DNA of 64,000 bases from Camelus ferus (taxonomy: Eukaryota): positions 35,838,001-35,902,000 of the forward strand of contig NC_045697.1 in assembly GCF_009834535.1 (NCBI RefSeq). The letters run 5' to 3'. Of the stretch, positions 1 to 13,383 are shown one piece after another; the first letter of the stretch is position 1, and the number at the start of each line of letters is the position of its first letter. The translations under genes were made by a program, and so were the position numbers. The notes beneath the pieces were generated by a model. It was given only the letters and a program-made list of their open reading frames with translations. It made no database searches and was not told the DNA's origin.

Positions 1-917
1 GACACCCCATCCCCACGCCCCTAATCACTTCTCAGCCCCACCTAGGCCTCTGGGAATGGGAGAGGGGCTGGAGGTTGAGTTCACTGATGGCCAGTGATAG
101 GATTAAGCATGCCTATGTAATGGAACTTCTGTTTTAAAAAACCCTAGACAACAAGGTTCAGAGAGCTTCTGGCTTGGAACCTAAATGTCCATCAAGAGAT
201 GACTGGATAAAGAAGCTGTGGTATTATTATACAATGGAATACTACTCAGCCATAAAAAAGAATGAAACAATGCCATTTGCAGCAACATGGATGGACCTAG
301 AGATTATCATGCTAAGTGAAGTTAAGAAGTCAGACAGAGAAAGAAAGATATCATATGATATCAATTATGTGTGGATTCTAAAAAAATGACACAAATAAAC
401 TTATTTACAAAACAGACTCACAGACATAGAAAGCAAATTTGTGGTTACCAAAGGGGGAAGAGAGTAGGGAGGGATAAATTAGGAATTTGGGATTAACAGA
501 TACACATATTATATATAAAACAGATAAACAACAAGGACCTACTATATAGCACAGGGAACTATATTCAATTTCTTGTAATAACGTATAATGATAAAGAATC
601 TGAAAAATAATATGTATATATATGTATAACGGAATCACTTTGTTGTACACCAGAAAGTAACACAACATTGTAAACCAACTATACTTCAATTAAAAAATTT
701 AAAAAATGATTTTAAAAGAAAGCTCCTGGCTTGGTGAACACACTGGAGTGCTGAGAGGGCGGTGCACCCAGAGGGGTCACTGGAAGCTCCAGGCTCCTTC
801 TTCCACACTTCGCCCTGCTCACCTCTTCCATCTGGCTGTTCCTGTGTTGTATCCTTATAATAAACTGGTAATCCTAAGTAAAGTGTTTCCTTAGTATGTG
901 AGCTATTCTAGCAAATT
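1..917 (+). mobile_element. MER21-like LTR, interrupted by an L1 at 178-716
   Basis: GAGAGCTTC-TGG-TTGGTGAACAC...CATCTGGCTGTT...TATAATAAACTGGTAA...AAAGTGTTTCC resembles MER21. The two halves rejoin across the L1 TSD. Confidence 0.65.
178..716 (+). mobile_element. 5'-truncated L1 (ORF2 C-terminus, 3' UTR, A tail) with 18-bp TSD
   Basis: Encodes [15 protein letters not shown]...TMEYYSAIKKNE. TSD AGAGAGCTTCTGGCTTGG (160-177) / AGAAAGCTCCTGGCTTGG (717-734). Confidence 0.93.
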
Positions 918-1290
918 TTATTATCTCATTGTTTCTGTGAATCAGGAATTTGTGAGCAGCTTAGCTGGATGGTTCTGGATTAGAGTCTTTCTAGGAGGTT
1001 GCAGTCAAGATGCCTCGGAAGGCTACAGTCCTCGGAAGGCTTGAGTGGGCCAGGAAGATTTGCTTCCGAAATAGCTCCCTCCCACGGCTGCCAAGTTGGT
1101 GCTGGCTTTTGGCAGGAGGCCTCAGTTTCTCGCCACTGAGGCCTTTCCTTGGGGGCTGCTCTGGACCTGATGGCTTCCTCCACAGCAAGTGTCCCAAGAA
1201 AGCAAGATGAAATCAATCATGTGTTTTATGTCCTAGCCTCACAAGTCACACCCTGTCATTTCCACAAAGTCCTGTTCGTCGCCCAGCATT
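918..1290 (-). mobile_element. MLT1 (MaLR) LTR fragment
   Basis: TTTATTATCTCA..GTTTCTGTG..TCAGGAATT..GCAGCTTAGCTGG..GAGGTTGCAGTCAAGATG pattern of a reversed MLT1. Confidence 0.7.
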
Positions 1291-1306
1291 TACAGAAGAG
1301 AACTAC

Positions 1307-1946
1307 TCTTACAGCAGGCAGGTAGCTAGATATGAGCAGAGAAAGGGGGATGCAGGCCAAATGGCAGGAATTGGGCGAAAAAGGAGAGGGGCACAGGCCC
1401 AGTGCAGGAAACCACACATCATGTAAGCACCTGGGCAGAGACAGAAAAGCAGGAACCTCTGGGCTGATAAATGGTCACACCTTTTGGGGTGATGATGAGT
1501 TGCCTGGAGGCCAACAAAGAAAGGTGGGAAGAGGCAGGAGTCTCCATTGTTTGAATGTAACCTTTTGCTCATTATGCCCTCATCACAATAAACTTAGCCT
1601 TGCAGATTATAAGTACCCAGCATGCACCGACGTCGTGAGACTTCGGATCCAGACTAAATAAGAACAAAAATCCCTCCTCCCTTTAGGAAGGTGAAGTTGG
1701 GATGAAAATCAGGGAATATGACCTCAAACCTTCCTTCCCCAATGAATATTCCATTCATTCATTTTTACTCTCTATGTAACCAACTTGCCAAAGAAACTCA
1801 GGGCGGCTGCTCACCTGAGCCTGCCTGTTCTCCCCTTGAGAGTGCACTATCCATCCATTAATAAATCCCCATTTTACTTTCTTAACCTCCAAGTCCCATC
1901 TCTGCACTTCTTCTGCGACAAGATGAGAACCTAGTCACCGGCAGCT
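1307..1946 (+). mobile_element. ERV1-type solo LTR (MER39-like start)
   Basis: Starts T(C)TTACAGCAGGCAGGTAGCTAG, has AATAAA at ~1860, and is flanked by a 4-bp TSD CTAC (1303-1306 / 1947-1950). Both termini are mutated. Confidence 0.65.
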
Positions 1947-3502
1947 CTACTGCCCAAGAACAAGAATAATGGCAGGCAAGGCTCTTTGGTGGCCACCTCC
2001 GGGTCTCACACACAGTGTTCAAATGCAGTTTTCAAATAAGTGGATGAATTATTTAATCAACCCTGAGTCCTCTAGACTCAGTCATTTGGATCTGATGTTT
2101 AGCACGAGAGCTCAGACTTCTGGCAGCACAAAACTTTTTATTCGCTTTGCTGTTTTCACTCTGGAGTTGCTCAGACAAGCGATCTGCTTTCATCGTGCCT
2201 CAAGTCTTAAAACAGGAGTTGTAAAATCACCATGAAATTAAATAATTTTAGAGCCATGAAGAATGTTCATTATTAAAATTCTCCTACCAGGCCAGCCCCA
2301 GGCAAAACTGTGAAGCGAGGGAAACTTGGCTTTTCTACCCGAGTTCTGCAAATCTCCGCAACCTTCCCCCACCCCCGTTACCTAACACACACGTGCAAGT
2401 TCAGTTCAATGGACAGACGTGTATTCTGCAGGCTTTGCATTTACATACCTTGAGAAAGCACAGAGAAACCATAATACTGTATAAAGGCACATTTCACTAA
2501 ATTCAATCAGGCCAGTTTCTCCTCTGGCCTTGAAACACATCACTAAATCTCAGTTGAACATCTGGTGAAATTGTTGGCTTACACCTGGGAGTTGAGGTGG
2601 ATGAAAATCCTTGACATTGAGAGCATTCGTTGTGAAGGGATAATCAAGGTCAAGATCTCAGTAAGGGGCAGCAGATTCCCGCACCCCACCTCCGGCTCAC
2701 CTGGAGAACATGTGCATTGAGTGTAAGTAGACAGAATTCACTTCTCTGTTCTGAGCCAGGCATTGTTCATAACATATGTTACCTACCAACTTCTTCCTGA
2801 GCTCTGTGTGCCAGTACTTCTGGGCTTAGGGAACAAAAGCTGTTGGTTTTCACTCTCAAATTGTTCAGAATAGGATTACAAAGCTACACATTTTGACAGT
2901 AAAGTTAAGATTACCACCCACCCCTCTCCAAACTATGAAAAAGATAATGCACATGACTCTCCAAAAAGCCATATTAAAGGCGACAACATTCCAGGGACAG
3001 TTTCATAAAACACGGGACATGCCAAAAGGAAGCCTACAGAGAATGACAGCTGGAATTAAACAAGGAGCCAGAGATTAAAGATTCTGAGTGAGCACAGGCA
3101 ACAACTGGAATGTTTCAAGGCAGGTTTTAATGAAAGTGCATGAACATAGTAACTGGCTTATGCAACATCAATGGCCTTTCAACAGAGACAATTACATTGG
3201 TGTGTGTGATACAGATTAGATGTGAGGAAGCGTTTTTACAGTTGGAAAACAAAAGAGGAACAAAAGCCATGACATGTTGAGACCAACTGGGCAGAGGACC
3301 AGAGGGAAGAAAGAGAGGATGTGAGTTGAAAAGGAAAGTCTCTGGAAACAGCAACTAAGGGCTGTCTCAACGGGTGTCTGGGTGGGAGGGGGGTAGCAGA
3401 GAGGGATGCCAAACACCCCTCTAGCTTTTTTTTCCCCCTGATAAATTAAAGATCAATAGTATTTGGTCCTGCAAACTTGTGCCAGAATTGCCTCTAGAAC
3501 TC

Positions 3503-3697
3503 AGTCCAGTAAGGTAGCCGCCAGCCCTGTGTGCTATCTAGAATTAAACTACAATGAATGGAAATTAAAAAAAAAATTAAATTCAGTTTCTCAGTCACCC
3601 TAGCCACATTTCACGGGCTCGATAGTCACACGTGACATAACATAGCACAGATACTGATGGTTTCTGTACTCCAGAAAGTTCTATTGGGCAGCACTGC
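3503..3697. mobile_element. MER3/MER33-like hAT-Charlie DNA transposon
   Basis: AAATTCAGTTTCTCAGTCACCCTAGCCACATTTCA...GAAAGTTCTATTGGGCAGCACTG terminus. Confidence 0.75.
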
Positions 3698-3974
3698 TGT
3701 AGAGCTTGACAGGTGGAAAAGCAAACGAGGTTAATAATTCCACCAGCCTGACCTGCTATTCTCGCATCCCCCTCAAGAGAAGCAGACTCACAGCATGACG
3801 TTAGTTTAAGCCATTTATTGAACAAATATTCATAAAGGTGCTGGAGACACTAAAGTGACTGCAGAGCCTCCAGATACTCACGTTTCAGTCAGAAGAATAG
3901 ACATGAAAGAAACTAACTGTATCAAGACAGTAAATATTATAATTGAGGTGTGTATAAGGCACTGTAACAGACTG

Positions 3975-4550
3975 GATTTTCTAAAAATGGCCATGGCAGT
4001 ATTTTCAGTTCCACATGCCTTTCCAGAATCCCCATTAAGAGGCACAGCCTATTGCCCCCCTCCCTCCCTCCAACCTCGGTGGCCTCCTGTCTGCTCTGAC
4101 GGATTCTGTACGACAGAAGTGATGCTCTGTGACTTCCAAGGCTAGATGGTACGCAGAACACAGCTTCCTCCTTGCTCCCTCTCCCTCCCTCCCCCCCCCA
4201 TCTTTGGAGCCCTGAACCATCTAGTAAAAAGCCCAGCCACCTTGAAGTCGCAATACTGGTGAGACAATGTGGGAAAACAACATGAATATTGAGACAGATG
4301 CCCAAGGAGCCCCCTCACTCCACCCACCCTCCTCTGAGGACTGGCCCTTCCCATCAACCACCAGCCAAGCCAATAAACAAGGCATCAGATGATCCCAGTC
4401 TTGTTTTCAAGCCTTCCAGCTGAGATAGGGACCAGCTGTCCCTGCTGTGCCGTTTTCAAATTCCAGACCCACTAGACTCCAAGAAGATAATAAATGGTCA
4501 TTCGCACTACTTAGTTTTGGAGTAGATGGTTGCACAGGTACAGTAACCAG
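3975..4550 (+). mobile_element. Old MLT1 LTR (MLT1H-like)
   Basis: GAAGTGATGCTCTGTGACTTCCAAGGCTAG; 3' CACTACTTAGTTTTG..TGGTTGCACAG..GTAACCAGA. Confidence 0.65.
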
Positions 4551-6463
4551 AGCAGCCACTCCGGGAGCGTGAAATCTTTCACTCTGTTTAGGGAAGTCAA
4601 ATAAGATTGTCCAGTGCTGCTCTATTTGAGCTCAGTCCTGAAGAAGGATGCACAAGGAATTCTCTGGATGAACAGTGGAGGGCTGTTCTTCCAGACACAG
4701 AAGAGAGTGTGCAAAACGCTGAAGCCAGAAAGCAAGGCCCAGCCTGGAAAGTGTTAGCAGTCAGGGACAGCTGGAGTGTGGGACGGTGTGGTAGAGCTAG
4801 GAGTTTCATTCATTCATTCATTGTCCTTCATTCATCTAACAAATACATAGTGAGTGCTCTGTGCCTGGTACTCAGGTCACGTGTCAGTTAGGATTGCTTT
4901 TGGCTGCAAATCTCCCCCTCCAGAAAAAACTGGCTTAAACCCTAAGGACCTATTGTTTACTTAATGAGAGAATTAGAGGTTGCTAAGGCAGGCAGCATCA
5001 GGTAATGCAGTGCAGAGCCATGGAAAGTCATGGAAAGGATGCAGAGAGCACACTGATTTGTGCAGGACACAACAGGGAGTGGAGGAGAGGGAAAGGAGGG
5101 GAAGGAGGATATGGTAATTTCCATGTCACATCTTCACAACAGTCACCCTTACACACACACACCCTGTCATCCTCCTCCTCCTCATCATCATATTATTTAA
5201 TTCAATAAGAATAGTAGGACATAGTAGAAAACTCTGGTGCAGTATGGGAGATGGATTGGATGGGACTAAGTCAGAAACAGGCAGACTTGGCTTGTCCAAA
5301 AAATCCACCTTCATTTTAAAACAGAAATTGGAAGCCAAATTTGAAGAACCTACCTCATTATCATAGGATCTACAGAAACATAAAAATTGCCTTCTCCAGA
5401 ATTCCTTTCAATTTAAATGTTTTATATAACCAGAGAAATAAAGAGAGAGAGAAAGAGGCAGAAGCAAATTTATTTAGCTTCAAAGAACTTTCCTGTGCTT
5501 GCAAAAGGAACAAAGGAACTTGGTAACACAAAGAGTGTCAGCACCAGAGAGGCTGGCTGTCCGCCCCCTCCCGCACAAACAGCTCTCCTCTCCCCAGCGC
5601 AGGAGGACGAAACGCAACCCATTTTTCACTGAACTGTCAAACCGCATTTTCTCTTCTGCAGTTCAGTCCTGGGCTTGATAGATAGGAAGTGTTGCAACAA
5701 GACATGGCTCTAAGATGTTCTAAAATAATAATTAAGCTGCATACACAATGGCTCTAGCTGAAAGGGTCTCTAAGCATTTTTCCAGGGATAAGAAATATAC
5801 ATGATCACCCAAAGGCCTCTGAGTGCTGATGTTCAAAGAGCATATTGAGAGTGTGATCACCCTGGAAGGCTAGACTAAATATAAAAGTAAGCTGGATCAT
5901 TCTTCTAGGAAAAGTAACTTTTTTGGCAGAAAAATGAATCTAACTGCTAGGTTTTGCTTTTCTCCCATATAAGTGTTCAACCAGGAGAGTTAAAGAATCT
6001 ACAGGGTTGAAAAAGGAAATGCGTGAGTGCTGTGGACTAGAAGGGAGCGGGTGCAGCTATCTGTTGAGGGTGGAGGTGGAGGAAGTTAAATCCCCCTTCA
6101 GGATTCTCTTGTCACCTAGGTGCCCCAGCCAGGTGTAGCCCTGGATGATTCTAGTGCTGCGACATGGGGACCGACTAAGACAGGCAAGTAAGCATTTACC
6201 CAGCTGCACAGGGTTCTTGGTGTGCTGCAGAGGCCACTGGGGCCAAACTTGCCACTCTGCCCCTCCTGTGAACTCCCCAGCCATCCCCTATATTCAAGTC
6301 ACCCCCCTTGAAGGAGCTGCCCATTCCCGGCAGGGCTGTGGCATAGGTGAGAGAGTGACCTGTTTGGCTGAGGAATAAGGAAGACAGGGGAGAGGAATGA
6401 TGTACAACTGCACCTCCTCCTCCCCACAATCTAACCCTCCCGCCTTCTCTCACATGTCCATAC

Positions 6464-6830
6464 TGTAATGGTTAATTTTATGTATCAGCTTGGCTAAGCC
6501 ACAATACTCAAATATTTGGTCAAACATTGTTCCAGAGGTTTCTGTGGAGGTAGTTTGAGATTAGATTAACATTTAAATCAGTAGACATCGAGTAAAGTGG
6601 ATGACCCTCCATAAGGTGGGTGGGCCTCATCCAATCAGGTGAAAGCCTCAATAGAACAAAGACTGATCTCCCTTGTAGAAGAGGGAATTCTGCCATCAGA
6701 CCCACTTTGGACTCGAGTTGCAACTCTTTTCTGAGTCTTCAGCCTGCCAGCCCACCCTGCAGATTTTGAACTTGTCAGTCTCCACTAATGACTGTTGTAT
6801 GAACCAATTGTTTACAGCATCTCCATTCTC
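6464..6830 (+). mobile_element. MLT2 (ERVL) LTR
   Basis: TGTAATGGTTAATTTTATGT..CTTGGCTAAGCCAC..GGTGGGCCTCATCCAATCAG is diagnostic of MLT2. Confidence 0.85.
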
Positions 6831-6844
6831 TCTCTGTCCTGTCA

Positions 6845-7215
6845 TGCTGAGGGGAAGCAAGCTGCCATATTGTCAGTAGCCCTATGGAGAATCCCACGAG
6901 GCAAGGACCTGATATCCCCAGCCACCATCCAGAGAATGACACCTGAGAGTGTGATTACCCTAGAAGGCTAGACTAAACATAAAAGCCAGGGGACAATAGC
7001 CATGGGACTTAGCTTGGAAATAAATATTCTGTTGCCTGCCAGCCATGACCTGAGTGAGCTTAGAAGCAGATCCTCTTGTAGCCAAGCCCTCAGCAGACCT
7101 TCAGCTAACTGACACCCAAATTCCTGACCCACAGAAACTGAAATACTGGGTATTTGCTGTCTTAAGCTGCTACGTTTGAAGGTAATTTGTTACACAGCAA
7201 TAGATAACTAATACA
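6845..7215 (+). mobile_element. MLT1 LTR 3' part (MLT1E/F-like)
   Basis: GGAAGCAAGCTGCCAT..TTCCTGACCCACAGAAACTG..GTAATTTGTTACACAGCAATAGATAACTAATACA terminus. Confidence 0.8.
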
Positions 7216-7894
7216 CTACCAATGAAAGTACAACCACTTGGAGGGCAATTCAGCAATATCTAGTAGGGCAGAAGAGACACATGCCTTCAAACCAGAAATT
7301 CTAATCCTGGGTATTGGAGTGAACGTTCATTATGCTTTTTAACCACCAAATACCCTTTGAATACTGTCCTCCGCGTGAAGGATTCCCTACCTTTAGCTCC
7401 ACCTCCCCTGGGCCAAAGCCAGCTGCCTGATGCTCAGTCTCTCTTGCTGCCAAAGCACAGGAATAAAGCCAGTTCACCATTCAGATGCACCCAGATGAAC
7501 GTATGATTTAGAAGAGCATAGGGTGGAACTGATTCTGGCAGGGGGCCACATGACACTGGCCTGTCAGAGGCCGTGGACACAGAGTTCCTCATGATAACAG
7601 TGATGCCTGGTACCATGGTGAGAACCGCAGGGCCCCTGCCAGAGGCCCAACAGCCGCTCTCCCCTGGGCCAATCTGACAGCGTCAGTGTGTGTATTTCCT
7701 CACTACAAGCTTCATATCTGCTTCACTGCCCCTTCTGGAGATTCTGTTTGAGTCAGAATCCCCTAATAGATCTTTTGCCTGTAACAGCTAGAGCAGAGAA
7801 TATTTCTTGCTACTAGGAATCCCAAAGAAATCCAAGGAAGGGTTGAGTTGAAGTCCTCAGTTCCTCACTGGCTGGTCATCAGAGGCTTCTCTGA

Positions 7895-8060
7895 ATGTCT
7901 TAGCTGATGTGAGCTACTATAACAAAACATCACAGACAGGGGAGCTTAAACAACAGACATTTATTTCTCTCAGTTCTGGAGGCTGGGAAGTTCAAGATCA
8001 AGGTAGCAGAAGATTCAATGTATGGCGAGAACCTTCCTCCCAGTGTACGGAGGGTCCCCT
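7895..8060 (-). mobile_element. MLT1A-like LTR fragment
   Basis: GCTTAAACAACAGACATTTATTTCTCTCAGTTCTGGAGGCTGGGAAGT. Confidence 0.75.
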
Positions 8061-9329
8061 TGTTGTATTTTACCCCAGTAGCTGGCACAGAGTAAACACT
8101 TAATGTTCGCTCTTACCAATGATGATGACGATGGTGAAGTCAAAAGGAGAGGACTGTTATTTTTACCTCCACATTTTAGATTTTAAAAGCATGGACCATG
8201 AATGGTTAAATAACTCAAGTTATGCAGCAGGCAAATGGTACACCAAGACTCAGAGCGGAGTGAGATCCCCAGACCCAAACTTTTCACAGGAACTCTCCCC
8301 GCAGTCTACACAGTCTTGCCTCTGAGTGTTGCCCGTGTTACCTTCTCACTTGGAGTGGCCTTCTTCTCTGGACCACTCATTCCTTAACACTTATTTTATT
8401 TTTTTTATGTAATTGCAACTTTTACATATTTTTATTTGTCACTCTGTATTTTAATTTTGTTTTTCCTCCCTTGAGAGTAATCATCTTGAAAGCAGGGTCA
8501 AGTCATAATCTTCTTACAAATATCTAAGAGGCTAAATAACATCTGACATTTTTTAGGTGGCTAGTGAATACTGAATTTAATACAAATAAAAATAAGCACT
8601 TTTCATGATAAAAATCAACGATAGAGATTCCAAAATTTTTATGTAAAATAACTTTATAAATCTCTATTTTCTATGAAAACTTACTTATAAACTCATTCTT
8701 TTTTTTTTTTTTTCATCCTTTAACATTTAAATCTCCCTTTCTCACTGGAGTTTTTTCTAATAGAGGGTACTTTAGTCTGTCCCTTCTCTGAATTTCTTAT
8801 AGCTGAGCTGTTCCATCCCTGCCTTGAAAGTCAGCACCGAACCATATGTTAAGTGCCTGTGATATGAACAGAGTGTCCCACATCCAGCTGGTGCTCCATC
8901 TATGCTTGATTTGTTGTTTGATTGATGGATTCTTGTGTCTATAATGGCCAGGTCTGGCCGAACTCTGTCCTTTGGTCCCTACAGTGGCCCCACCTGTTGA
9001 GCGTAACTAGGTTCTTAATTAAAGCAGAATGAAGGCCAGGCAGTCCTTATCAATCAGTGGGTGGTGTTGGCTGTTAAGCAGTGGTAGACCTGGGTGTCAG
9101 GGAGAGGGCAAATTTAACCCTCTATGAATTTCTGTTTTTAATTGGCACTCCAGTTACTAAGCTACATGATCTGGCTACTCACAATTTTTAAAAGATGCCC
9201 AATAAACACTTTATTTATCTGCAGCTCCAGGTAAAAACTGAAGCATAGTTTTATTTATTGCTTTAGTATATTGGCCAGTAAATGTGCATGGACTATTAGA
9301 CTTAGAAGAAATCTCCTGGCACCTCCCCA

Positions 9330-10400
9330 CCGGCCCTGTCCCCTGCCCCTACCTTGCCCTGACTGTATTCTTGTCCTTTGGATCTTAGCTTAGAAGTAAC
9401 CTCGTCTATGAAGGCTTCCATAGTCCCCTCCACACATTAATTCTACTGCCATACTTCATACTATAGGCACTTGTCTGTAACCTGTCTGTTTCCTCGAGGG
9501 CAAAATCTATGGCTTACTCATTATTAAAAGCCTCGGTCCTGGCAGAATGCTGAGCACATGATAGATAATTGCTGAATGAATTAACCTGGCCCAGTCCTTT
9601 ACAATGCCTGAATATCATTTTATCATGTTTGTTTTACTTGGTGGGAACAAGGCACTCACCACCCCACAAGACAGCTTGTTCCAGATTTAGAAACTAATAG
9701 ATATCAGAAAAATAAGTATTCCTTAAAATGGGTTCGTATTTGCCTTCCTGTAATTATTTCCACCCATTGGCCCCCATTCTGCCTTCCTAAGCTACGCAGA
9801 TGAGCCTAATGCCTATTCCGTGAATTACTCCTTGAGTGTTTGAGCCGCACCCTCCCTTCCCAGACCCTGCAAATCACCTCTCTAGTCTCTAGATCAAGCA
9901 GCTGGATACTTATCAACATATGTGAAGTGTGTGGTTTCCTAGTGAATACTGTTTATAGGAAACCGAAAAGACTTCAGGCCCAAAAGAAGTTAAGACATTT
10001 CTCAAGACCAAGAATTGTATGTTATTTTCCTTTGTCTCCACTGCCCAGCACTCAATAGATGCCCAAATTCAACTATTTAGCTCTTCTTACTCTTTTATTG
10101 TATCTAGAATATATATAATATGGCCCACAAAGTCTTCCCAAACATCACCCTTCCTCATGCCCACCCCCAACCCTGCAGGAAAAAGTCATTGGTCCTTCAG
10201 GTGCTTCCACAGCACTTTGTACAAAACTATTTAAAAGTCCTGATCACAGTATATTTTGGTGAAGTTTCACGTACATGTCTGTTTCCCGACTAGACTGTGA
10301 ACCCCTTGAGGAGGGCAGGGTCTTTTTATCATTGTATCATGACACCTAGCAGAGTGCCCGGCACTTAATAGGTATTTAGTGTATGCTGCAAGTAAGTGCA
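9330..10400 (-). mobile_element. L2 3' fragments (~9330-9580 and ~10150-10400)
   Basis: CTAGACTGTGAACCCCTTGAGG..GGCAGGG..CACCTAGCAGAGTGCCCGGCACTTAATAGGTA; TTGCTGAATGAAT. Confidence 0.6.
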
Positions 10401-11214
10401 CTAGAGTATCTAAACTAAAAATACCTCGTTGGTACACAAGACCCCTTATCTAAACCATTTTGAATAAAGGGATCGAGTTCTTTGCTGGGCCACTTGGGAA
10501 CAGGAAGAGAGGACTCTACCTGTGTTGTACTGCTCAGATACTTTGGGGCTATCAGAAGGGAGTCCTTTCAGAAGAAAAGATATATCCTTTATGTTTGCAT
10601 GTAGTAAATTTGCAGAGCCCCAACTATGCCCTGAGTTGAGTTTAAGCACATGGTGCTTCATTGAGGGCGCTCTGAGGTTCCAAAACTTGATGCCTAGAGA
10701 CTGCAGGTGACCCTTGCCCCTTTGCAGCGACCTCCATGGGAAACAGCAGTCCAAGCTGTGGCGTCAGCTGCGTCCCCGGGGCCCCAGTCGGGTCTGGACC
10801 AGATGATCCTCTCCAGCCATTGCTGAGCTGGTGATCTAACATTCTGATTTTTCATGTCTGTACTTCCTCTGTTGGACCCAGAAACCCATGTAAAGTGCTG
10901 ACCACAACGCTCAAAGGATAAATGCTGACATTTCAGCTGCTGCAATGAGCTGGCCTCCTTTCTACCCCTTGTTCAGGGCTGACCGTTTTCACGCATGTTC
11001 CCAGACACACTCCTCTTATCTGAAACTTCATTCCCCTAAAGCACTTAGATTTACACTTGGATAAAATTTCTCATTTAACCTTGAGCAAAAACGTTTGGAA
11101 AATTGAGGCCTCCTTTTACTATAAATAGGGTGGTAATGACTTCTTTTGTTACCTTAGTATAGAGAAATGTAGCGAACAGGCTTAGGCAGGACTGGTAATG
11201 GACTTGTTGATCTG

Positions 11215-11828
11215 GGGTTGTCCAGTATCCATTCACCCTACTTCCACAAATAGACCCTGTTTCACTTTCTTTGGGGAACCCATCCTCCCTTATTCTGATA
11301 CCGTGTAGTTCAGATGTACACCACCCATCACTTCTCCCCACCCCATCATCCCCCAAAGCATAAGGGGTGAAGCTTGACTTCAGCTAAGCAGCTCCTTCAA
11401 ACTCCCCACCTGCAGTGATTAGCCTGAGGTCCCAACACACATTCTAATCAGAGCCAGGGAAACACAATGAGACCTTCTGTGGAAATGCTAGCGTAGGAAC
11501 GACTGCTCTTTCCCAATGAACTTGAACCTCAGACATTGGAAGATCTAGGGTCACAGCCATCTTGAATCATAAGGGCCCTGAAAATAGAGCTAAAATTGAG
11601 GAAATAGAGCTGAAAAGGTGAGAGAAGATAGGCAAGACACAGGATAAAAAAGGAAAGAGGGAAGAGAGATTGGATCTCGTTGACATTATGTGAGCCCCAG
11701 GTCAAACTGTGCTGGGGGCTGGAGACAGAGCTCTAGACTTTTCAATTATGTGAAGCAATAATCTGTTTCTACTTAAACCAGTTCGCATTACATTTATCAT
11801 CATTTGCAAATAAAGAAGCCTAGTTGAT
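11215..11828 (+). mobile_element. Old MaLR LTR (MLT1J/K/L-like)
   Basis: CCATTCACCCTACTTCC start; CTAGACTTTTCAATTATGTGA..CTTAAACCAGTT..CATTTGCAA end. Confidence 0.6.
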
Positions 11829-12246
11829 AAGCTGGTGCAGCTACCAGCACAGAGTAGGAGGAGAGAATGCCTCACTGATACGGCTTGAAGGAAACCAGGT
11901 CCAGGACCAGCGGACTTGATGGGAGAGATGTGCACACAGCAGACCCTCCTGGCCATCCTCCAGGAACTGGGACCGCTGGGAGCTTGGAAAGAAGATACAC
12001 TATTTGTGTCAAGTAATATTGTGCCTACATGCCTATAAATTTGAAGAGGACATGTGATTTGAGTGATTGCAATTAGGAAAATAACAAATGGCCTCATAGG
12101 TAAAGTTCCTAAGTCTCTCAGACTCCAGAAAGGAATTGATTCTCATAAGGTTCAAACACATGCATTCATCAAACGATTGCTGGGTCAAGGGAAAGGACAC
12201 AGCTCTCACTTTCTAATCCCCAGAAACTCTTTCTCCTCTGAAGTAG

Positions 12247-12342
<96 letters not shown>

Positions 12343-12499
12343 TGATCTTGGAATGTAAAGAATTTGTGGGGGGGGTGGTTGAGTTCCATGGAAATTTGTC
12401 ACTTACCTGTGTTCCTGAATGGTGAATATCTGGGCTAAGGAATATTTTTTCTTGATAAATGAACAATTAACAGGTTTTTTTTGAAAAGGAGTAAACCAC

Positions 12500-13383
12500 T
12501 GTCTTAGCTCAGGCTGCTATAACAAAACACCATAGACTGGTGGCTTAAACAACAGACATTTACCTCTCACAGCTCTGGAGGTTGGGAAGTCTGAGATCCC
12601 CGTGCCAGTGTGGTCAGATTCTGGTGAGAACCCTCGCCCTGGCTTGCAGGTAGCTGCTGTGAATGAAAAATACTGCAAACTTTATCAGTAAACAAAGAAT
12701 GTTGAAGCCATCAAGTCATCAGCCACTGCCACCACCCCTCATTGAAGACAAGCCTGCAGCCCAGCCTCTGCAGCCACTCACAGTGGTGCCCTCTGAGAGG
12801 ACTCAGAATAAGAAAGGACAGGACACTGGCCCTAGATAGCTAGGTGCTTGTCAAAGGAATGAATTCAATGAGCCCAAATGTTTGCTTCCTCCCATACATA
12901 GAAAAGCACTAAATTCTTTAACTTGAGATGCCTGGTTTTCTTTAGGTTAACAAGTAATCTTTTACTGTTCCAACTACCTGGTCTTTGTTGTAAAGCTCCT
13001 GTATATCCTGGCTCCTCCCCTACCTCTTCAGAGCAGTCCCTCAGAGCGATCTTAGAGGCTGTCATCCCGGCTTGAGTTCTCCCACCAAATAAAACGTAAC
13101 TCTTAACTTTTTGGCTGCACATTTATTTTAGCCGACACTGCCTACTTGCTGTGTCCTCACATGGCAGAGAGAGAGGAGGCTTCAGCGAGTCTTTCTCTGC
13201 TTATAAGGGCACTAATCTCATCATGAGGGCCCCACCCTCATGACCTCATCTAAACCTAATTACATTCCAAAGGCTTCACCTCCCAATTACATCACATTGG
13301 GGGTGAGGGCTTCAACATATAAAAATGGGGGTGTGCAGTATAGCAGAGAGGGTGACGGGGACACAAATGCTCGGTCCATAACA
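12500..13383 (-). mobile_element. MLT1A0-like LTR, split by an ERV LTR at 12658-13137
   Basis: TGTCTTAGCTCAGGCTGCTATAACAAAA.. resumes after the insert as TGTGTCCTCACATGGCAGAG..CCCACCCTCATGACCTCATCTAAACCTAATTAC..CCATAACA. Confidence 0.85.
12658..13137 (+). mobile_element. Complete ERV1-type solo LTR (480 bp)
   Basis: TGT...ACA ends, perfect 4-bp TSD CTGC (12654-12657 / 13138-13141), TATA-like TGTATATCC and AATAAA at ~13088. Confidence 0.85.
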
